Program-made: the position numbers and the translations under genes | Assembly: GCA_004431415.1 (NCBI GenBank) | Contig: QPMI01000306.1 | Location: 4,203 to 68,202 of the forward strand | Direction of reading: 5' to 3' | Length of the DNA stretch: 64,000 nt | Source: Cyanophora paradoxa CCMP329 | Lineage: Eukaryota > Plantae > Glaucophyta | Notes under the pieces: generated by a model | Database searches by the model: none | Told to the model about the DNA's origin: nothing | Seen by the model: the letters and a program-made list of their open reading frames with translations, nothing else | Part shown: positions 22,535-36,719 of the stretch, in pieces | Position numbering within the stretch: position 1 is the first letter of the stretch | How the letters are laid out: each line of letters opens with the position of its first letter

Positions 22535-24058
22535 GGTTGGGTCATCTGCCTAAGGCTAGCACCTTGTGCATATTCCCCCAGAGAGATTTGGGGTGCATCT
22601 TTCTTCTTTTTTCTGGCAGATTGGAAACCTGGGGCTTTTGATTTAGTGACTTGCTGGTGGGTGGGTCATCTGCCTAAGGCTAGCGCCTTGGGCATATTCC
22701 CCCAGAGAGATTTGGGGTGCATCTTTCTTCTTTTTTCTGGCAGATTGGAAACCTGGGGCTTTTGATTTAGTGACTTGTGGGTGGGTGGGTCATCTGCCTA
22801 AGGCTAGCGCCTTGTGCATATTCCCCCAGAGAGATTTGGGGTGCATCTTTCTTCTTTTTTCTGGCAGATTGGAAACCTGGGGCCTTTGACTGAGTGACTT
22901 GTGGGTGGGTGGGTCATCTGCCTAAGGCTAGCGCCTTGTGCATATTCCCCCAGAGAGATTTGGGGTGCATCTTTCTTTGATTTTGTCACAGATCCTGAAC
23001 CAGGGGCCTTGGACTGAGTGACTTGCTTTTAGGTGGGTCATCTGCATAAGGCTAGCACCTTGTGCATATTCCCCCAGAGAGATTTGGGGTGCATCTCTCT
23101 TTGATTTTGTCACAGATCCTGAACCTGGGGCCTTCGACTGAGTGACTTGTGGGTGGGTGGGTCATCTTCCTAAGGCTAGCACCTTGTGCATATTCCCCCA
23201 GAGAGATTTGGGGTGCATCTTTCTTTGATTTTGTCACAGATCCTGAACCTGGGGCCTTTGACTGAGTGACTTGCGGGTGGGTGGGTCATCTGCCTAAGGC
23301 TAGCACCTTGTGCATATTCCCCCAGAGAGATTTGGGGTGCATGTTTCTTCTTTTTTCTGGCAGATTGGAAACCTGGGGCCTTCGACTGAGTGACTTGCTT
23401 TTAGGTGGGTCATCTGCATAAGGCGAGCGCCTTGTGCATATTCCCCCAGAGAGATTTGGGGTGCATCTTTTTTCTTTTTTCTGGCAGATTGGAAACCTGG
23501 GGCTTTTGATTTAGTGACTTGTGGGTGGGTGGGTCATCTTCCTAAGGCTAGCGCCTTGGGCATATTCCCCCAGAGAGATTTGGGGTGCATGTTTCTTCTT
23601 TTTTCTGGCAGATTGGAAACCTGGGGCCTTTGACTGAGTGACTTGCGGGTGGGTGGGTCATCTGCCTAAGGCTAGCGCCTTGTGCATATTCCCCCAGAGA
23701 GATTTGGGGTGCATCTTTCTTCTTTTTTCTGGCAGATTGGAAACCTGGGGCCTTCGACTGAGTGACTTGCTGGTGGGTGGGTCATCTGCCTAAGGCTAGC
23801 GCCTTGTGCATATTCCCCCAGAGAGATTTGGGGTGCATCTTTCTTTGATTTTGTCACAGATCCTGAACCTGGGGCCTTCGACTGAGTGACTTGCTGGTGG
23901 GTGGGTCATCTTCCTAAGGCTAGCGCCTTGTGCATATTCCCCCAGAGAGATTTGGGGTGCATCTTTCTTCTTTTTTCTGGCAGATTGGAAACCTGGGGCT
24001 TTTGATTTAGTGACTTGTGGGTGGGTGGGTCATCTTCCTAAGGCTAGCGCCTTGGGCA
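22535..24058 (+). repeat. Sat124 array
   Basis: Same unit; ORFs recur every 124 bp (22804, 22928, 23052). Confidence 0.97.
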
Positions 24059-26071
24059 TGTCCCGTAGTACACTATGGGTTCACACGCTGATGTACCAGG
24101 ACAAGTTCCTGGACACCACACTGTATTTCCACCCAACACACCAACTGAGGGGCAAGCCCCTACACATCAGGCTAATCTCGGGTACATCAGGGGGTACTAT
24201 GACACACTGACTTAGGCGAACTACGCTTCAGCTCAACTCGCTCTGTAGTAAGAAAAGGCGACGTCCTCGCTCGCCAATAAGTAAAGAAAGAATCTGATCA
24301 GTCCAAGGCGCCATGCGGGAAGCATGAACCATAATGCGAGATTTCAATTTGGGCGCATCGCGAGCCTTAGGCCCAGCATACTCCACAAGAAAAGTAACAC
24401 CTTTTCCATGAGAAACTTCCTTCAAAATAATCCAAGGCCCAGTGTAGCGAGGGGACAACTTGTCAGAGCGACGAGTCGATGGGATCCGAACTTTCACGAA
24501 TTCTCCAGGGAGGTACAACTGCTTAAGATTCGTTTGAGTAGCCAAATAGTCATTTTTAACTCCTTGGATGTCCGAATAAATCCGTGAAAATCTGCGAGCC
24601 AACTGCTGCGGGTATGAACCAGCATCAGTAGGATCCAGAACAAGTTCAGGGGTCACCAACAAATCCGTCGGCAAAACACAAGGCCGTCCATAAACCATTT
24701 CGAAAGGAGAATTACCAGTCGAAGGGTTTTTATAGTTGCGCACAGCGAGAAGTGCGAAAGGTAAATGTTTGTCCCAAGTCTTGGGATTGTCCTCAATGTA
24801 AAAACGAAGCCGAGTGACCAAAATGTCGTTGAATTTCTCGACTGCACCCTGAGACTGCGGGTGATAGGCGGAAGACATAATAGGCTTTATTTTAAAGAGC
24901 CGCTCCAACTCGGCAAGTAAGAAATTGCTAAATTCACCGCCTTGATCAGACGAAATCTTTACCGGTACTCCGTGCAACGGGATCCAGTGATCAAATAACG
25001 CTCGAATAACAGAATGCGCAGATTTGGTCCGAGCGGGAACCGCATGACTCCAACGAGTGAAAACATCGGTAATCGTAATCAAATATTCGTTTCCAGCTGA
25101 AGTTCTAGGAAGCGGACCAACGATATCAATTTCAATATGTTGCATAGGTCCGTCGGAATGGATTTGAAATTGCGGAACATCTTTCGTTTGCTTCGATACC
25201 TTGATGCGCTGACAATCGGCGCACCGAGAAACCAAATCAACTACGTCGGCGAACATGTTCCGCCAATAATAACGCCGCTTAATGTGATCGAACATTTTTC
25301 CAATCCCAGGGTGTCCAAGAGAACGATGAACTGTACTAAGAACTGTTTCGCGCAAATGCTCCGGTACGCAAATACGCGTAAGTGCACCCACTGCACGCTG
25401 ATGAACCAATACGCCATCGCGAAGAGCAAACTTATTTGTTTTCAAGAGGCGCTCGGCCTCCTTGTTGGGTCCAAGGGGCTCGACAGTAATGTCGGCCTCC
25501 AAATATTTGATCATGTCCGATAAAATAACATCTTTTAATTGCTCAAGTCTTATCTGAGCCGGTGATAAACTCAATTGAATTTCCACTGCATCCAGAAAAG
25601 CGGAAAAGATGGGCGAAGTCACCTCCATCGCCTCTAAAGCATTTACCGCCGTCCGCACAAGTCTGGAGAGCGCATCGGCATCGGCATTCGACTTGCCGGG
25701 CTTGTACTGAATTTCAAAATTGAACGGTTGCATATCCAAAACCCAGCGAGTGATCCGAGCACTCGGCAAATTCTTTGCCGCCTTGAAGTACTGGAGAGCA
25801 GAGTGGTCCGATTTAATAATAAATTTCTGTCCACGCAAATAATGAGAAAACTTTTTAGTCACTGCCCACCAAATCGCATACAACTCCTGTTCAGTGACCG
25901 TCCACTTCTGCTGATCCTCAGTGAGAGGTTCAGCCGCATACTCAATAACAACTTCCTTATTCCATTTCTTCTCCGCTGATGTAAATTTGTGAGAAGCAAA
26001 TTGCACAAACTTTTCATTTCCAGATGAGTCCACCTGAGAGAGAACTGCCCCTACTCCAACTTTTGAGGCGT
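24059..26071 (-). mobile_element. Ty3/Gypsy family C 3' half: RNase H + intact integrase + putative 3' LTR (24059-24235)
   Basis: ORF 24228-26033 has RH motifs, HHCC, D-D-E (IEIDIVGP, ISSDQG, GAVEKFN) and YTGPW. Putative LTR TGAGCTGAAGCGTAGTTC...CTACGGGACA (177 bp); its start resembles family B LTR starts but the interior differs. Confidence 0.92.
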
Positions 26072-27232
26072 CTGCCTAAGGCTAGCGCCTTGTGCATATT
26101 CCCCCAGAGAGATTTTGGGTGCATCTTTCTTCTATTTTGTGGCAGATGAGAAACCTGGGGCCTTCGACTGGGTGACTTGCTGGTGGGTGGGTAATCTGCC
26201 TAAGGCTAGCGCCGTTTGCATATTCCCCCAGAGAGATTTGGGGTGCATCTTTCTTCTATTTTGTGGCAGATGAGAAACCTGCGGCCTCCGACTGGGTGAC
26301 TTGCTGATGGGTGGGTCATCTGCCTAAGGCTAGCGCCTTCTGCATATTCCCCCAGAGAGATTTGGGGTGCGTCTTTCTTCTTTTTTGTGGCAGATGAGAA
26401 ACCTGCGGTCTCTGACTGGGTGACTTGCTGGTGGGTGGGTCATCTTCCCAAGGCTAGCGCCTTGTGCATATTCCCCCAGAGAGATTTGGGGTGCATCTTT
26501 CTTCTATTTTGTGGCAGATTGGAAACCTGGGGCCTTTGACTGAGTGACTTGCTGGTGGGTGGGTCATCTGCCTAAGGCTAGCGCCTGATGCATATCCCCC
26601 CAGAGAGATTTGGGGTGCATCTTTCTTCTATTTTCTGGCAGATCAGAAACCTGGGGCCTCTGACTGAGTGACTTGCTGGTGGGTGGGTCATCTGCCTAAG
26701 GCTAGCGCCTTGTGCATGTTCCCGGAGATATTTGGGGTGCATCTTTCTTCTTTTTTGTGGCAGATCGGAAACCTGGGGTTTTTGATTGAGTGACTTGCTT
26801 TTGGGAGGGTCATCTGCCTAAGGCTAGCGCCTTGTGCATATTCCCCCAGAGAGATTTGAAGTGCATCTTTCTTCTATTTTGTGGCAGATCAGAAACCTGG
26901 GGCCTTTGACTGAGTGACTTGCTGGTGGGTGGGTCATCTTAAGGCTAGTGCCTTGTGCATATTCCCCCAGAGAGATTTGGGGTGCATCTTTCTTCTATTT
27001 TGTGGCAGACCGGAAACCTGGGGCCTTCGACTGAGTGACTTGCTGGTGGGTGGGTCATCTGCCAAAGGCTAGAGCCTTGTGCATATTCCCCCAGAGAGAT
27101 TTTGGGTGCATTTTTCTTCTATTTTGTGGCAGATGAGAAACCTGGGGCCTTTGACTGAGTGACTTGCTGGTGGGTGGGTCATCTTCCTAAGGCTAGCGCC
27201 TTGTGCATATTCCCCCAGAGAGATTTGAAGTG
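26071..27232 (+). repeat. Sat124 array
   Basis: Same unit. Confidence 0.97.
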
Positions 27233-28111
27233 ATGCTGCTAGAAACAACATATTCCTTGTGACACATTTTAATCGTTCCTTCCTCCATGATGCTGCTAGA
27301 AACAAGGCCCTGAATGACTATTTTAATTTCAGTTGGGCATTTGCATCGTGGGAGATACAATTTTGACAGGTCTGGAAATCGAAATGACACATATCGCCCT
27401 TCTTCACAGCAGCGTGGGCGCTCTGCTGAGCGTTCAATGGATTCCCAGGCTCGAGCGAGCTCGCAGACTCGCTCTGCGCAGGGAAACTAACTACCCAGCC
27501 CGGCTTCGGCCACCAGGCTGGGGCGGTTTCTAGTCTTCCCCCAACAAGTCTTGCTGCAGTTGGCAGCAAGAGTCCTAGATTAATCACATTCTATGAGTTT
27601 GAGCGACTGGTTCTCACCCTGTCAGGAGCAGGAGCTGTCCGCAGTGCAGATGCTCTTGATCCTGGCAGCGGTGCCTTCAGTTTCTGTTACTTCTCCAAAT
27701 TTGTCAAGCGATTTTGTTGTTACTCAAGCCCGGGGCCCGGGTGCACTGCATGACCATTCCTCTCGGATACATGAACATTCTGGTGAGTCAAAGGCGAGTA
27801 CAGATCTCAAGCAATGTCAGGGATCCGACAAGCCAAACGACATGCCTGCTCGTGTGGTTCAAGTATCTTCAACACAGGGCCACCTGGAAGAAAGAGACCT
27901 CTTTGCTACGAAGCAGCCTCAGTTGAGCTTGCATCCTCTGCCAAAAAGGCACTATACTCTCAGTGGTCCCTTCCAGAAGTTAGAACAGGACAGTTGAGCA
28001 GTTTGTGTCGTGGATGGTCAAATGCAGTTGGTGAATGGTAAGTCTCCCTCAACTGATCCAAGTGTGCAGCCTGCAGTCGTGGGTCGGCGATTTGCTCCAC
28101 TTGCACCTGGT
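27231..28111 (+). mobile_element. Internally deleted family A gag-pol junction fragment
   Basis: Reverse complement of ~13255-13165 joined to ~12690-11918; retains GGGAAAC TAA and the hairpin at 27481-27522. Confidence 0.92.
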
Positions 28112-31100
28112 AACTGAATTCAATTTGCGATAATCAATGCAAAATCGAAGAGATCCATCCTTCTTGCGCACAAGGACCACAGGGGCGGCCCAAGGTGAGC
28201 GAGAGGGACGAATAAGATTGCGAGACAGCAACTTTTTGGTCTCATCGATAATAAATTCTCGTTCAGTCTGCGAGTGCCTCCGAGGGGGCTCCGCGAGGGG
28301 TGCTTGATCGGGGGATGAGGCGCACTTGGGTCGTACGGAGGGAGCGCAGCCTTGGCCAAGTCCCAGTTCTGTGAGAGGAAGTCAGCCATGACAGCGCGCT
28401 CCGCAGGCGTATCATCCCGACTGCCAATATCGACGGCTCGGAGAGCATCAATAATGTCGGCGCCATATCGTTGCCGCAATTCATCGAAAATAATATTCGA
28501 AGCTTTATCGATCGGAACAGCGTTCAAATGCGAAAAACTACCTAACTTCTCCTCATATGGATATGAACACTCGGGAAGACCTACCCTATCAAAAACATTT
28601 TTCGAAGCATTCTCGGACTCCGGTGAACGTTTTGGAGGCGCGATTTCCACAAAAGAATTGTCAAGACTTGCAATGAGTCTGCGCAAGTGTACTGAGCAGA
28701 GTATGTTGAGCTCGAAGGCGACGGAACCTCGCCAGGCCGGTCGACCTTTACATACTTGCCGTTCCCATCTTGATCATAACTCAGATTAAGAGCCATGTCA
28801 AATACTTCAGCTTCGAGGTTTTTCTCAGGGACAAATCGTGCGATTGCACGGCCCTTTTTCAAAACAACTGGTCGTTCGGAAAAACGATTGCTCAAATTCG
28901 AAACTAAAGCATTAACTTTGCCTCCACGACACGCAGCAAGTCCATTTGCCACACGGATTTCCTGATTGTCGTCCCATTTGTAGAAGTTGACAAGAAAACC
29001 TTCACAATCCGGCAAATAGCGGTTGCCTCCGACTTGCAGTTCAACCTTCCGTTGCACGCCAGGTTCAATTTTGCCTCCACGACACGCAGCAAGTCCATTT
29101 GCCACACGGACCTCCTGATTGTCGTCCCATTTGTAGAAGTTGACAAGAAAACCTTCACAATCCGGCAAATAGCGGTTGCCTCCGACTTGCAGTTCAACCT
29201 TCCGTTGCACGCCAGGTTCAATTTTAACCTCCCTTGCAACCTCCAGAATATGACCATGCTCCTTGGACACTCTGCAAGTGCTGGAGTTGTCCGAGGGGTC
29301 AGATTCTGGTGTCTCTGGCAACAGAGAACTCGGCTGCGTAGAGGTGCCAGGTAAGAAAGAGAGAATATCACACTTAACTGGATTGTCTGGGTGTTTGGCG
29401 AAGACCACAAATCGGTTGTCAGCATCCTTATTGCAATAGGTGACTGCATTATCAGAAAAGTAATCTTGGCCTAAGATGCCATCGAATGCGTATCCCGGGA
29501 AATCAACCACAAGAAAAGGAAAACTCGGAGTGAGGGGCCCAATAGTAGCAGCCACATGAACCTCACCAGGAACAGCCACCAGTGCAGAATTCGGGAGCTT
29601 GACAGAAGGAGTGTGAATAGTTTTAAACACCTTATTTTGAAGTCCAAGAGAAGAGATTGTAGAAGAAAGAATGAAAGAGACATCTGCCCCGCTGTCGAGA
29701 AGGAATTTGTGATGTTTGCCCTGAATGACAACGTCCAGAGTTGACCTCCCCGGAGCTGAGGTCATGAAGCGACGCGGCCCTGCGAATGCAGGCTCAGCAG
29801 GAGGGCTCTGGGAGTCCAGAGAACAAATTTCAATTGAGGCTCAGCCATTATCATCAAAAGACAACTTCAGGGAAACCGGCTTCGAATTATTTGCAGATGA
29901 TATAAAATGCTTTTTAGCAGGGGCATCTCGTTTCCATCGCAGCTCATCAGAAAAGAAATTCGAAAAGGACTTCTGTTCCAATTTTCCACGATTTCCACTA
30001 ACTACCACTACTCTACTAGCACTTTTCGAGTCATCCAAAGCATTTTTAATTCCACGCGAATGCGCTTGACCAAAACCAGCACGAATGTCTGGGCGAATTT
30101 CCACTGAAGCAACCTCATGGATAATGGGATCATTCTCTTGAAGGGTAACATCGGGACCAGAAGAAGAAATAGGAGAAGAAGATTGAGAAGCATCCAAGGA
30201 AGGGAAAGGGAAAGCGCGGGCGACCGACAACGACTGCCGCTTCAAGAACTCATTGAGAGTAATCAAAGGCAGCAACGATCGCAGTCCATTCGCTGCGCCG
30301 ACAATGGCTGGTTTCTTGGCCGCCCCAGCCTGGCGGGCAGAAACAGGCTGGTTTAGGCGTTTTTCGCCGGGCGGGGCTGCGAACCGCCCCGACCCTTAGG
30401 GTCAGACGACGACCCACGGCGCTCAGCAGAGCGACCGCGATAACCACCCGAAGAATTTCAATTGCGAGAGTCATTTCCAGAATTACCAAATTTGTCATTC
30501 GAACGATTGCGATCAAAATTGTAATTTCCACGAGGCTGGTCACGCCAGCTATCACCGCGAGGGCGATACTGCAACTGGCGAGACAACCGGTCCATGCGAT
30601 CCAAAATAATAGAAGAAGTGCGACGAGAATCATCGCGCAACTCGTCAAACTGCTGGCGAGCTTCGTGCCGAATCTCGCTCAATTGGCGACGAGTTTCGTC
30701 ACGAAGTGAATCAAGCTTATCATCCACCTTCAAAGAAAACTGTTTAAGCTTCGATTCGACTCGCTCATCAATCAGAGACTCAATACGCTCCGAAGTGAGA
30801 GCGTTCAATCCAGAAACATTTTTCGAAGATCCAAAAGGAAGAGAAGCAATTCCAAAAGGAGAAACCGAAGAAAAAGAGGAAGTGCGATCGGTCCAAAGAC
30901 TGCGCAGCCGACGCAAAAAGCAAAGTTTGTTGTCGTCCAATTCAGCAGGCAGCTCACCCAACTTCAGATCATCACTCCAAATTTGTTTCACCACATCTTT
31001 CTCGAGAATGCCAGCTTCCTCCGCTCGCTTCATCTTCTCCACAGCAAAGTCCTCAAAATTGACTTGAGTACCAGCCTGGAGACAAGCACTCTGGTATGTG

Positions 31101-32218
31101 TAGGAACAGAAATTGCGAGCAGAATCCGTCTGGACATCCGAATGCATAAAATGATCCTCGAACTTCTTGAGAAAAGTAGTCCAATTGTCACATTCAAGGA
31201 CCACTCGAGAAAAGTCATGGGCCCCAGCTGCCTCGTTGAAGACAGACTGGAGTTTCAACTGCACATGCGGCCAAGCATAGTCAAAATCAACCTTTGCCTG
31301 AGCCGTCCATGTGGAGTAGGGAGTGGTGTCCGCAGTGGGGAGGACATAGATTGCCTTCAACACGTCACGAACGTTTTTGAGGAATCTAGAAGGAGCAGAA
31401 TACTCGAATTTGGGCAGATTGAGGTTGCGCAGGAGCGGCTTAATCAGGTCCACCCTAGGCTGGGCAGCCATGATGTCCTCCTGGTCAATGTCCACAGAGA
31501 CGTTGTCCTCGTCAGCCAGCCTTCCTGCCAGTGCGGAGAGCAGGATAGCTTTATTAATACAGTTGTTAACTAAGGACCTAGCGAAGGGTCCAAGCCTACG
31601 ACGGTACACAGCACGAATAGTGTCGCTTGACGAGGCCAGTGTTCAAGAAAGCATTTCAGATCGTTCCAAAAGAAAGAAAGAGAGATATTAAGAGATTCCA
31701 AAAGGAAAGAAAAGAGACAACTCCGCAAACTCAAGGGATTCCACGGAAAACGGAGGTATCACAAGCACACGACCTCGGCCAGCCGGCCAAGAGCGCACAC
31801 AGCTTCGAAAATGAGATCCATGAGTGAATCGCGATGCAACAAGCTTTTGTTCTTCGCAAAATGGCGGAATCGACAATGAAAGGTCGCAGTGCGCAAATCG
31901 CTGGAGAACGCACTGTAAGCGTATACGCAATCAGAGGAACGATGCGCAGACGCTGTGAGACCGCTGTGTCGAACACGCTGCCACGAAATACAATGGCTTC
32001 CGGCGGCAGCCCCGCTGATAAGAAGCTGTTAGAAGCTATACGATGGGTTCTTAGCCACTTCCGCACACGGCGCAGTGCCGTGCCGGGACGCACGTGCACA
32101 CACGCGTAATATCCGCGTATGATTGAATGACATACCCCTACACTAGGGATGTGGTATCACTAGCGTACATGGTACATTCGCTATGGCGAAAGGGGAAGGG
32201 GAACTACGATTCTCGACA
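28110..32218 (-). mobile_element. Ty3/Gypsy family B 5' half: LTR (31989-32218), gag, PR, dUTPase-like, RT start
   Basis: gag 30458-31609 (premature TGA; the frame continues to TAA at ~30353); FLLDSGAD in 28581-29765; [11 protein letters not shown] at the truncation; PBS partly deleted; 153-bp internal duplication. Confidence 0.93.
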
Positions 32219-32566
32219 GAACGAACCCAGGAAACATTCAAGTCCCCAAACACTCGGTGGGGGTCCCAATCGGAAGGGCGGAGCCTCCACCTCGGTGATT
32301 TTGGGTTCCTATCAGTCCCAGACTTTCCTAGTGGGACCCCTACGCCAGGAGGCCCCATTCAGCGGCTGGTGCGCCCCACACAGCCATCGGGCAGTTTTGA
32401 CCAAGGGCATGAAGAACCAAAAAAAGGTGGAATGATGAATGGGGCAAAGACGCAGACCATTCCACCCACGCTTGCGCTTAAACCTTGATTCCTCGTCTCT
32501 TTGTTAGACTGACCGAGTTCTCGCTCTGTCCGTTTTACTTCCAAGTTTACTTCCCGCGAAAGCGAA

Positions 32567-33725
32567 ATGTTACTTTCGCGCTGGACATTCCTGTTCATGT
32601 CTGCTAACTTTCTTTCATCAATGAGCATCATCTGGGTCAATAAATGGCTCTTTGTCGTTCACAAGTTCCTGTACCGTGCACTGTATTTTTTTTGCTTTGT
32701 GACTTTCATTGCTGACTGGAGCGCAGCTACGACTTTGACATTCGTCCATTTTCTTTTCACATCGGCATGTCTTTATGCATGTCTGTGTCTTGGGGTTTTT
32801 TCTTTTAAACCTGTGCCCGTTCGGCGAGTTGTTCCACTGGTTGTAAGCTTCTGCGGATTCGTCGTTTTGACGAATTTAAGCCTGCAGCTCAATTCCGTAG
32901 GAACATGTCAGGTCTGATCACATCTATCAAGGCGATGCACTTCCCTCACCGCGACTCACAGATATTGAAAGCTCTTCCTACTCCTATGATCATTGCCATT
33001 CAGAGACTTTTTTACGGAGTCCAACAAAAACTCTCGGTTCAACTTTCAATGATCCCTATAGTGGGTGGTTCACTGCTTGCAACCACTTCTGATTTCGCAT
33101 TCAACATGCCTGGGTTTTTAGTCGGATTGCTAGGAGCTATTTCGACAGCACTTTATTACACGGTGAGTAAAAGCATCTTAATATTTGAGTGCAAGTTTCA
33201 CTTACTGTAGAGAGCAGTGGGTGGGGACTCTGCAATCCGATCTGGAGGTTTCTTCTTTGCAGCTGCTCATGTATCAGGCCCCCCTCTCCGCTCTCTTTTT
33301 GATTCCTTTCGCACCCATTCTCGATGATTTTTTTTCTCCGGCTGGTCTTCTGAACTTCTCATGGACAAACGACTGTTTGGTACGCTTGTTATTCCTCCTG
33401 CACCTGTTTATTCCTCCTGTCGCAGATGCTGATTCTTGCAGATGCTTCTTTTCATTTCTGGGTGTCTTTCGTTCTTTGTTAACGTGTCAATGTATCTGGT
33501 CATTGGCTCCACGTCTCCCATTAGGTTCGTATTCGTTCATCAGGTGCCTGAAAGCTCTCAGTTCGTGTGTGCAGCTACCAGGTTTTGGGATACTTCAAGC
33601 ATATTTTTACTGTTACAGGTGGAATGGTCTTATTTCAAGAGTCAACTAATCCAAAAAATGCCTGTGGAATAGTTTTGTCAATCTTAGGTATCGTATATTA
33701 CAGCCATGCAAAGGTTAGGCAGTAA
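32567..33725 (+). CDS. Nucleotide-sugar transporter (SLC35E3/plant UXT-URGT-like, TPT/DMT family), 6 exons
   Basis: Splicing GT-AG introns 32676-32726, 32912-32961, 33163-33217, 33380-33441 and 33525-33574 gives a continuous hydrophobic ORF: SSMSIIWVNK..YPTTLTFVHF..VVLTNLSLQLNSVGTCQILK..QLLMYQAP..FFVNVSMYLVIGSTSPISYQVLGYFK. The extreme 3' end is uncertain. Confidence 0.9.
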
Positions 33726-33952
33726 CCTTGTACACAACCTGGTTCTAGAGAAGCCAGAGCAGCCAAAATCCATGCCCCATTCTTTGAGTAGAATGTACAA
33801 GGTGCTAGCGTTAGGAAGGAGCACCCCATCCCGCTGGGACTCTCTCGGATACTGATTGTTCACTGGGGCACACACAAACTGTTTTGTGGAGAAGAATGCA
33901 CAGTGCGCCCGAACCCGAACTAGAATCTTGCAATCCTGTCAATCCCAGCACA

Positions 33953-34125
33953 ATTCTTGGTCGGCTCGCGGAGGTGGCAGTAGAGTACACAGGCAGAGAA
34001 GCCTGCGCCCAGCGACTCGAGGCGGCTCTTGGTCGGCTCGCCAAGGTGGCAGTAGAGTACACAGGTGGAGAAGCCTGCGGCCAGTGACACGAGGCGTCCT
34101 TTATCATGCTCACCAAGGTGGAAGT
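33953..34125 (+). repeat. 72-bp tandem repeat, ~2.4 copies
   Basis: TCTTGGTCGGCTCGC..AGGTGGCAGTAGAGTACACAGG at 33955 and 34027. Confidence 0.8.
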
Positions 34126-34969
34126 CGGCTGGGGAGCCTTTGGCCAACAACTCAAGGTCGGTACTCTGCCACCCGGCATATCTGCAGCGGCGGGGGCGGG
34201 GGCAGTCGCGGCAGCGGCAGCGGTCGGGAGAGGGCACGCAGCCTTAGGAAGGACGTGAAGAAGGTTCGGGCATGCAGCTTGATGTCAGCCGGGTCCATGC
34301 TGGCGGGCACTCCCTCCCTCATGGGGTCCGGGCGGAGGGCACGCATAATATGGTCAGCGACTGAGAAGCGGTGCACGAGGGACGAGTGCACCGTAGACGA
34401 GCGGCGGTGCACGAGCAGGGGAGGAGATCGCACTCTCGGCGTGCTGCCACGGGGCGTTTGGGCCCGTCTGCACCGGCGCCGCGCGCGCAGGGTCGACTCG
34501 GCAAGGCGGTGCTAGCTTCGGGCTAGCAGCATTGTTCATAGCGGCTTCCATGTAGAGAGACTTCGACTTCTGCACGTTTGGCAAAGAGGGCGCGGGGGTT
34601 ATGTGGCGTGGCGTGGCGTGGCGTGGTGGGGCGTAGCTCAGTGGATGCAATGACGGGGTGAGCATGAGGGTCGTTGGGTTGAGTGAATCGTGGCTCTGTT
34701 TGCTCTAATGGAGCTCTGGAAGCGATCGACTGCGCAGTCGGGAGAATGAGAGTGTGTCAGCCAGGCCTGGCCACGCGCACGCAAGAGCTCGTGGTCCTGG
34801 GGGAGCGAGGCGGTGATCCACCTGGCCCGGAGTGTTGAAGCGGGTTTGTGCTAAGATATCGGATGGCGGGCGGGCCAGGCTGGGGTTCGGCACACTGGAG
34901 AGGAGCGGCGGGGGAAATAGTGGATAGTGAAAGGGAAGAAAAAGCAAGATGATCAGAGCAACTGCAGAC

Positions 34970-35411
34970 TATTTTGTGTCGGGTCAGAAACCTGGGGCCT
35001 TCGACTGAGTGACTTGGTGGTGGGTGGTTTAATCTCTCTTAGGTCAGCGCCTTGTGCATATTCTCCAAGAGAAATTTGGGGTGCATCTTTCTTCTTTTTT
35101 CTGGCAGATTGGAAACCTGGGGCCTTTGACTGAGTGACTTGCTTTTAGGTGGGTCATCTGCCTAAGGCTAGCACCTTGTCTATATTCCCCCAGAGAGATT
35201 TGGGGTGCATCTCTCTTTGATTTTGTCACAGATCCTGAACCTGGGGCCTTCGACTGAGTGACTTGCTGGTGGGTGGGTCATCTGCCTAAGGCTAGCACCT
35301 TGTGCATATTCCCCTAGAGAGATTTGGGATGAATCTGTCTTTTTGTGGCAGATCCCAAACCTCCAGCCTGTAACTGAGTGACTTGCTGGTGGGTGGGTCA
35401 TCTGCCTAAGG
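34970..35411 (+). repeat. Sat124 short array (~3.5 units)
   Basis: Same unit; ends at CCTAAGG, 160 bp upstream of NRS/ER. Confidence 0.95.
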
Positions 35412-35571
35412 GAGCCTTAGACAGGGCCTCAGTTTGGGTTCACCCTCTCGGGGGGACTCCCTCGCATCACAATCGGTTCCTGGCTCTGGGGAATTAGGCG
35501 AAAACAACCCCTAACCCGTGCCGTAGCACTGGGTAACGTTTTTCTCCGAAGTCAGAGAACGATTTTTTTCC

Positions 35572-36575
35572 ATGGACAAGGTTGTCGTTTTTGGAGGTTA
35601 CGGTTGGATAGGAGGATCCATTTGTAATCTACTAAGGTCCTCTTCGAAATGTTTCGTGGTTGCTGAACGCAGCTTAAGACTCGAGAATTTCCACGGTATT
35701 CTTGAGTTCCTTCAGCTTGAAAGTCCCTCTCATGTATTCTGTGCCACGGGCGTTACGGGCCGTCCGAATGTGGACTGGTGTGAAGATCACAAGCCGGATA
35801 CTTACATTGGAAATGTGATCGGCCCTCTGAATCTGGCGATGGCGTGCAAGATGACAAGCTCCAAACCTCATTTAACGTTGTTCGGAACCGGATGTATCTA
35901 TGAGTACGATACTGATCATCAGCCATACAGTGGCATCGGGTTCAAGGAAAGCGACATTCCGAACTTTACGAAATCATTCTATTCTTTTTCTAAAACAGTG
36001 TCAGAGCAAAGTTTAGCGGCTTTCCCAAACGTTCTTCTTCTCCGAATCAGAATGCCCATCTGCGACTCGCTGCACCCAAGAAACTTCATTACCAAAATTA
36101 CCAGATATAGGCAAGTCGTGAATATTCCGAATTCTATGACCGTCTTGGACGAACTTCTTCCACTCTCAATTGTTTTAGCGGAGAACAAACTTTGTGGGGT
36201 TTATAATTTCTCCAATCCGGGAGTTATCTCTCATAACGAGATCCTTGACCTCTATACGAAGGTCTGTTTTCGTGTCAATGCTTTGTGACAAGTCTTAACT
36301 GCTCTCCTCAGATCATTGATCCAGAGTTTACATACGAAAATTTCACGCTGGAAGATCAAGCCTCTGTTATTAAAGCCCCAAGATCAAATAATGAGCTCGA
36401 CTGCTCAAAGCTTCAGAAAGCTGTCTTCGCTCTGGGGCTTGATCCCGTCATGCACATTCGTTCAGCAGTTCGAAATGTGTTGGAGAGGATGAAAAATGCT
36501 CCAAGCACTGCAGAAGCTGTGCTTGAAACGAGGAAAATTCGCCAGAGCTTTCTGATTGGAAACTCGACTCCTTGA
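35572..36575 (+). CDS. NRS/ER: Bifunctional NDP-4-keto-6-deoxyglucose 3,5-epimerase/4-reductase (NDP-L-rhamnose synthesis), 2 exons
   Basis: Motifs GGYGWIG, GVTGRPNVDWCEDHK, GTGCIYEYD, SFYSFSK, LRIRMPI, RNFITKITRY..VVNIPNSMTVLDELLP. Intron 36262-36311 joins to IIDPEFTYENFTLEDQ..APRSNNELD. Confidence 0.95.
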
Positions 36576-36719
36576 AAATTTGACTGGATCTCCTTGGATT
36601 GTAAGAAAGTGATTGTAGGTTTCGCTTGTCGCACATCCTCCCCCGTGCATCCCGTGCTTGTCGTGCATCCTCCCCCGTATCTGCACTCAAACTTTTTTCA
36701 CACAAACAACGGAAACAGA

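Noticed and set aside
35506-35517. Telomere-like CCCTAACCC
   Set aside because: A single unit, expected by chance.
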